Source of the DNA: Macrostomum lignano
Taxonomy: Eukaryota
Direction of reading: 5' to 3'
Length of the DNA: 64,000 nt
Assembly (NCBI GenBank): GCA_002269645.1
Contig: NIVC01003983.1
Coordinates: forward strand, 2,460-66,459
This document shows positions 60,811 to 64,000 of this stretch, piece by piece. Below the pieces are notes generated by a model. It was not told where the DNA came from. It saw only the letters and a program-made list of their open reading frames with translations, and searched no databases. The position numbers were made by a program, and so were the translations under genes. Each line of letters opens with the position of its first letter. Position 1 is the stretch's first letter.

Positions 60811-61609
60811 CTAACCCCTCCGCAAATTTTCCCACCTCTAACACATCTTTTTAGCACGCTAAAACTGCTTGTAAGCCTTCTTGCGACCACGCAACACATA
60901 CTTGCCGATATGTATCGTAATACTCTTTCTGCACTAACAAATCATCTGTGCCGCACTTTCAGCTTCACTTTTACTCTTTAATAAGGTATACAAGGAAAGG
61001 AAAATTAAACAATTAATATTAAATTATATTCAAGTGAAAGAGAATTGAAAATACTAATAAATCCGTTCCTGCTAAAAAAATTAATATAAAAAAACCTGGC
61101 TCACTTGGATTCGAACCCGGGTACATGCAGTTTACAAAGCAACTGCCTTCGGCCCCGACCCATCTCTCGCTTAAGCGAAGCTCTACAGTGCACGCGCTTT
61201 ATATCGAATATTCCGTATGTATGGTAGCCACTTATACGATTTTTGCTGCTTTTTCATACATTTCTGCTCACTGCATCGCAACGCTTCTACCTAAAAATAC
61301 GAGTCGCATGTCGTTACAATCAAAACATCAAGGCGCATTCATCTAATGCATTTTCAAACTATGTCAACAAATTTTTTCGGCTGCTAGGCGCCAAATTATG
61401 AATTTTTACCTGTTCTGACAGGTATTCAAACAGGTATTTAGACCTGTTAACCTAAGAATCAGTTTTCAAAACTTATTTAGTTGCATAGTGCATCCATAAT
61501 GCTGTTTTTAGACACCAAACTTGAGTCTCTAGGTCTCGCCAATGCAGAGTTATTAGCAAAAGTATGCTCAAAATTTGCCCAAAATGGCCTACTCAAAATT
61601 CGGAGCCAA

Positions 61610-63330
61610 TTTTCTCAAAAATACGAATTTTCCAGCCATATTGGCGTATGACCGGTGAAACTTCAGCTATTCGACTAAACAATATTGAAAATGCAGAAAA
61701 ATCGGTGCGCAAAATTCTTATTTTTCGACTTCAAAGTTTGTACCCCAAATGGGCCGTTTTTCACTTAACAGGTAAAAAGTACCTGTTAACAGGTATTTTT
61801 TCCAGAGTGTCTTGCGCCATTCGAACGGGCATCCGATGGGCTACAATTTGACACCACACTCGAAAAAATTCGCGCCAGTAATAAAAATTTTCTTTAACAA
61901 CATATGCTTTTTTGGTCGAGTCCCCCGGCCTCTTTTTTCCCCGGTTTCCGGGTCACTGCTCCGCACAGGTAGGTCCAAATGCTTAGAAAATTTAGGAAAA
62001 CAAATTTCCATATGTTTGACACGTTTTGTTAAAATCTCAACACCGTAGCTTAAAACACTTTCTTATTTTTGGAGACTACTTTTTGAAAACGTGACCCAAA
62101 TTTTCAAAAACACTGTTTTTGACCCTTGTAGCCATATAGAGCAGCAATGAATGGCCCAATCAAGCAGATCTCAGCATTTCCGAATAAAAGACATCCATTT
62201 GAGTGATTTGGGTTGAAAAATTGAAAAAATCAAGATTTGCATCTGTATAGGATAAGCCTCTTTAAAGTGCACAAACGGTTTGTACTTTTAAAGTGCAGAT
62301 AGGCAGCCATGTCAAAAGTACATTTTAGCCCAAAATATTATAGCGCATCTAAAAGCCCCAGGTGTTGTTGACATTAGGCAGCAGCTCAAAAGCCGCGCTA
62401 TTGCGCGTCCTTTTCGCTGCAGTACGGGCAAGGTTGAAAAACATGTACAAAAAATTGGCCGAAAAATTGCATTTTTAATAATCAGATGCAGTTTGCTCAA
62501 AAATACGAATTTTCCAGCCATATTGGCGTATGACCGGTGAAACTTTAGCTATTCGACTAAACAATATTGAAAATGCAGAAAAATCGGTGCGCAAAATTTC
62601 TTATTTTTCCACTCCAAAGTTTGTACCCCCAAATGGCCGTTTTTCACTTAACAGGTAAAAAGTACCTGTTAACAGGGGTTTTTTCCAGAGTGTCTTATGT
62701 CATTCAAAAGGGCATCCGATGGGCTACAATTTGACACTACACTCGAAAAAATTCGCTCCATTTTAAAAAAAATTTCCTTAACAACGTTTGATTTTCTGCA
62801 GAGCCCCCGGCCTCTTTTTTCCCTGGTTTCCGGGTCACTGCTCAGCACAGGTAGGTCCAAATGCTTAGAAAATTTAGGAAAACAAATTTCCAAATGTTTG
62901 ACACGTTGTGTTAAAGTCTCACACCGTAGCATAAACACTTTCTTATTTTTTGGGACTACTTTTTAAAAACGTGACCCAATTTTTCGAAAATGTCGTTTTT
63001 AGGCACTCTTTGGCAGCCTGGGCAGGTTATTGATGGCCAATCGGCCAGATCTCAATGTTTCCGAATAGAAGACATCCATTTGAGTAATTTTGGTGTAGAA
63101 ATTTAAAAAATAAAGTTTTCCATCTCGACGCCATAGGCCTCACAAAAGCACTAAAATTTGTACTTTTAAACAGCAGATAGCAGCCATGTGAAAAGTACAT
63201 TTTAGCCGAAAAAATTTAGCGCATCAAACAGCCTTAAGTGTTTTTAAGGCTAGGAGGCAGCTCAAAGGCCGCGCTATCGCGCGTCCTTTTTCGCTGCGGT
63301 GAGGCAAAGTTGAAAAAAATGCCAATTTTT
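61610..63330. repeat. Diverged ~880-bp tandem duplication inside the Helentron-like element
   Basis: ctcaaaaatacgaat at 61614 and 62496; similarity continues to about 62440 and 63320. Confidence 0.88.
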
Positions 63331-63788
63331 CGACCTCAAAAAAACACGTTTTTTGTACTTTTAGCCTAGACGTTAAAGTACAATCAAAAATCCATTTCAG
63401 ATCATTGTAGCGTTTGAATGCCCGCGCTTACTGAGCCCACTCGCTAAGCGCTGCCATAATTCCTGCCGCTGTAATTGAATCAAAGTTTTTGAAAAAGTTG
63501 AAAAAACGCAGTTTTTGGTTGCCATGGCAACCAAAAAGCGTCGCCATGGCAACCAAACACTGCGGCTCTGTTAGCCCCAAGTCTTTGACGCATTTTGGCA
63601 AAATCAGTTTGTAAATTGGTCGTACCGTTTTTTATTGGCAGCGTTTCAAAGTTGAAAAACGTCATTTTTAGTGTGTGCAACCACGTTACATCTTATCAGG
63701 GACGATTTCGCAAAAGTAAGCACCATAGAAAAAATTCTCGCTTCGCTCGCATTTTTTCTATGCCACTTACTGGCTCCATCGTCCCACA

Positions 63789-64000
63789 ACTAGTGAATGA
63801 AGACGCTGTCGTCTTCAAAGGTGGGACGATGGTTTTATATATTGTTTGTAACTTTTATGGCCTAATTTTAAATTAAAAAAAAAAAACTAAGAAGCTTAGT
63901 TGATTATAATTTAATTTAAAACAAAGTTTAAGCATAACTGTTTAAAAAATTAATAAAAATACTTATGATGGTTTATTTATGTCCATTATTGTTTATGGCT
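63789..64000 (-). mobile_element. 3' end of a second tandem copy of the same element (truncated by window end)
   Basis: 63789-64000 closely matches 60082-~60290 (CTAG, hairpin 63798-63817, subTIR 63821-63832, AT-rich body). Confidence 0.7.

Larger units (their letters stand above)
60082..63788 (-). mobile_element. Non-autonomous Helentron/DINE-1-like (HINE) element, complete copy ~3.7 kb
   Basis: 12-bp subterminal inverted repeats (plus: ccatcgtcccac 63776-63787 and gtgggacgatgg 60114-60125), an 8-bp-stem hairpin at 60091-60110, and a CTAG-T end on minus. Internal tandem repeats; no Rep/helicase ORF. Confidence 0.65.

Overview
Eukaryotic (metazoan) genomic DNA. GC-rich, Ala-rich exons with GT-AG introns and extreme tandem-repeat content suggest a flatworm such as Macrostomum lignano (inference only). 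Four spliced genes were reconstructed by hand: (1) a K+-dependent Na+/Ca2+ exchanger (NCKX/SLC24 family), minus strand, running off the window start; (2) a MAP7/ensconsin-like microtubule-associated protein, minus strand, 5' end uncertain; (3) a LEM-domain inner nuclear membrane protein (MAN1/LEMD3-like), plus strand, needing at least four -1 frame corrections; (4) an Rh-type ammonium transporter, plus strand. Rh intron 4 holds a complete 4955-bp antisense Ty3/gypsy element with apparently identical 200-bp LTRs, CCAC target duplication, tRNA-Leu-type PBS, and a GGGAAAC slippery site plus candidate pseudoknot. Downstream of Rh is a head-to-tail array of a 3.7-kb Helentron/DINE-1-like non-autonomous element. 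There are also two tRNA-derived SINE copies, several MITE/foldback elements, and a different tandem array in most of the larger introns, the largest being about 190 x 33 bp. No rRNA, intact tRNA gene or CRISPR array was found. Splice sites were read by eye and have no transcript support.
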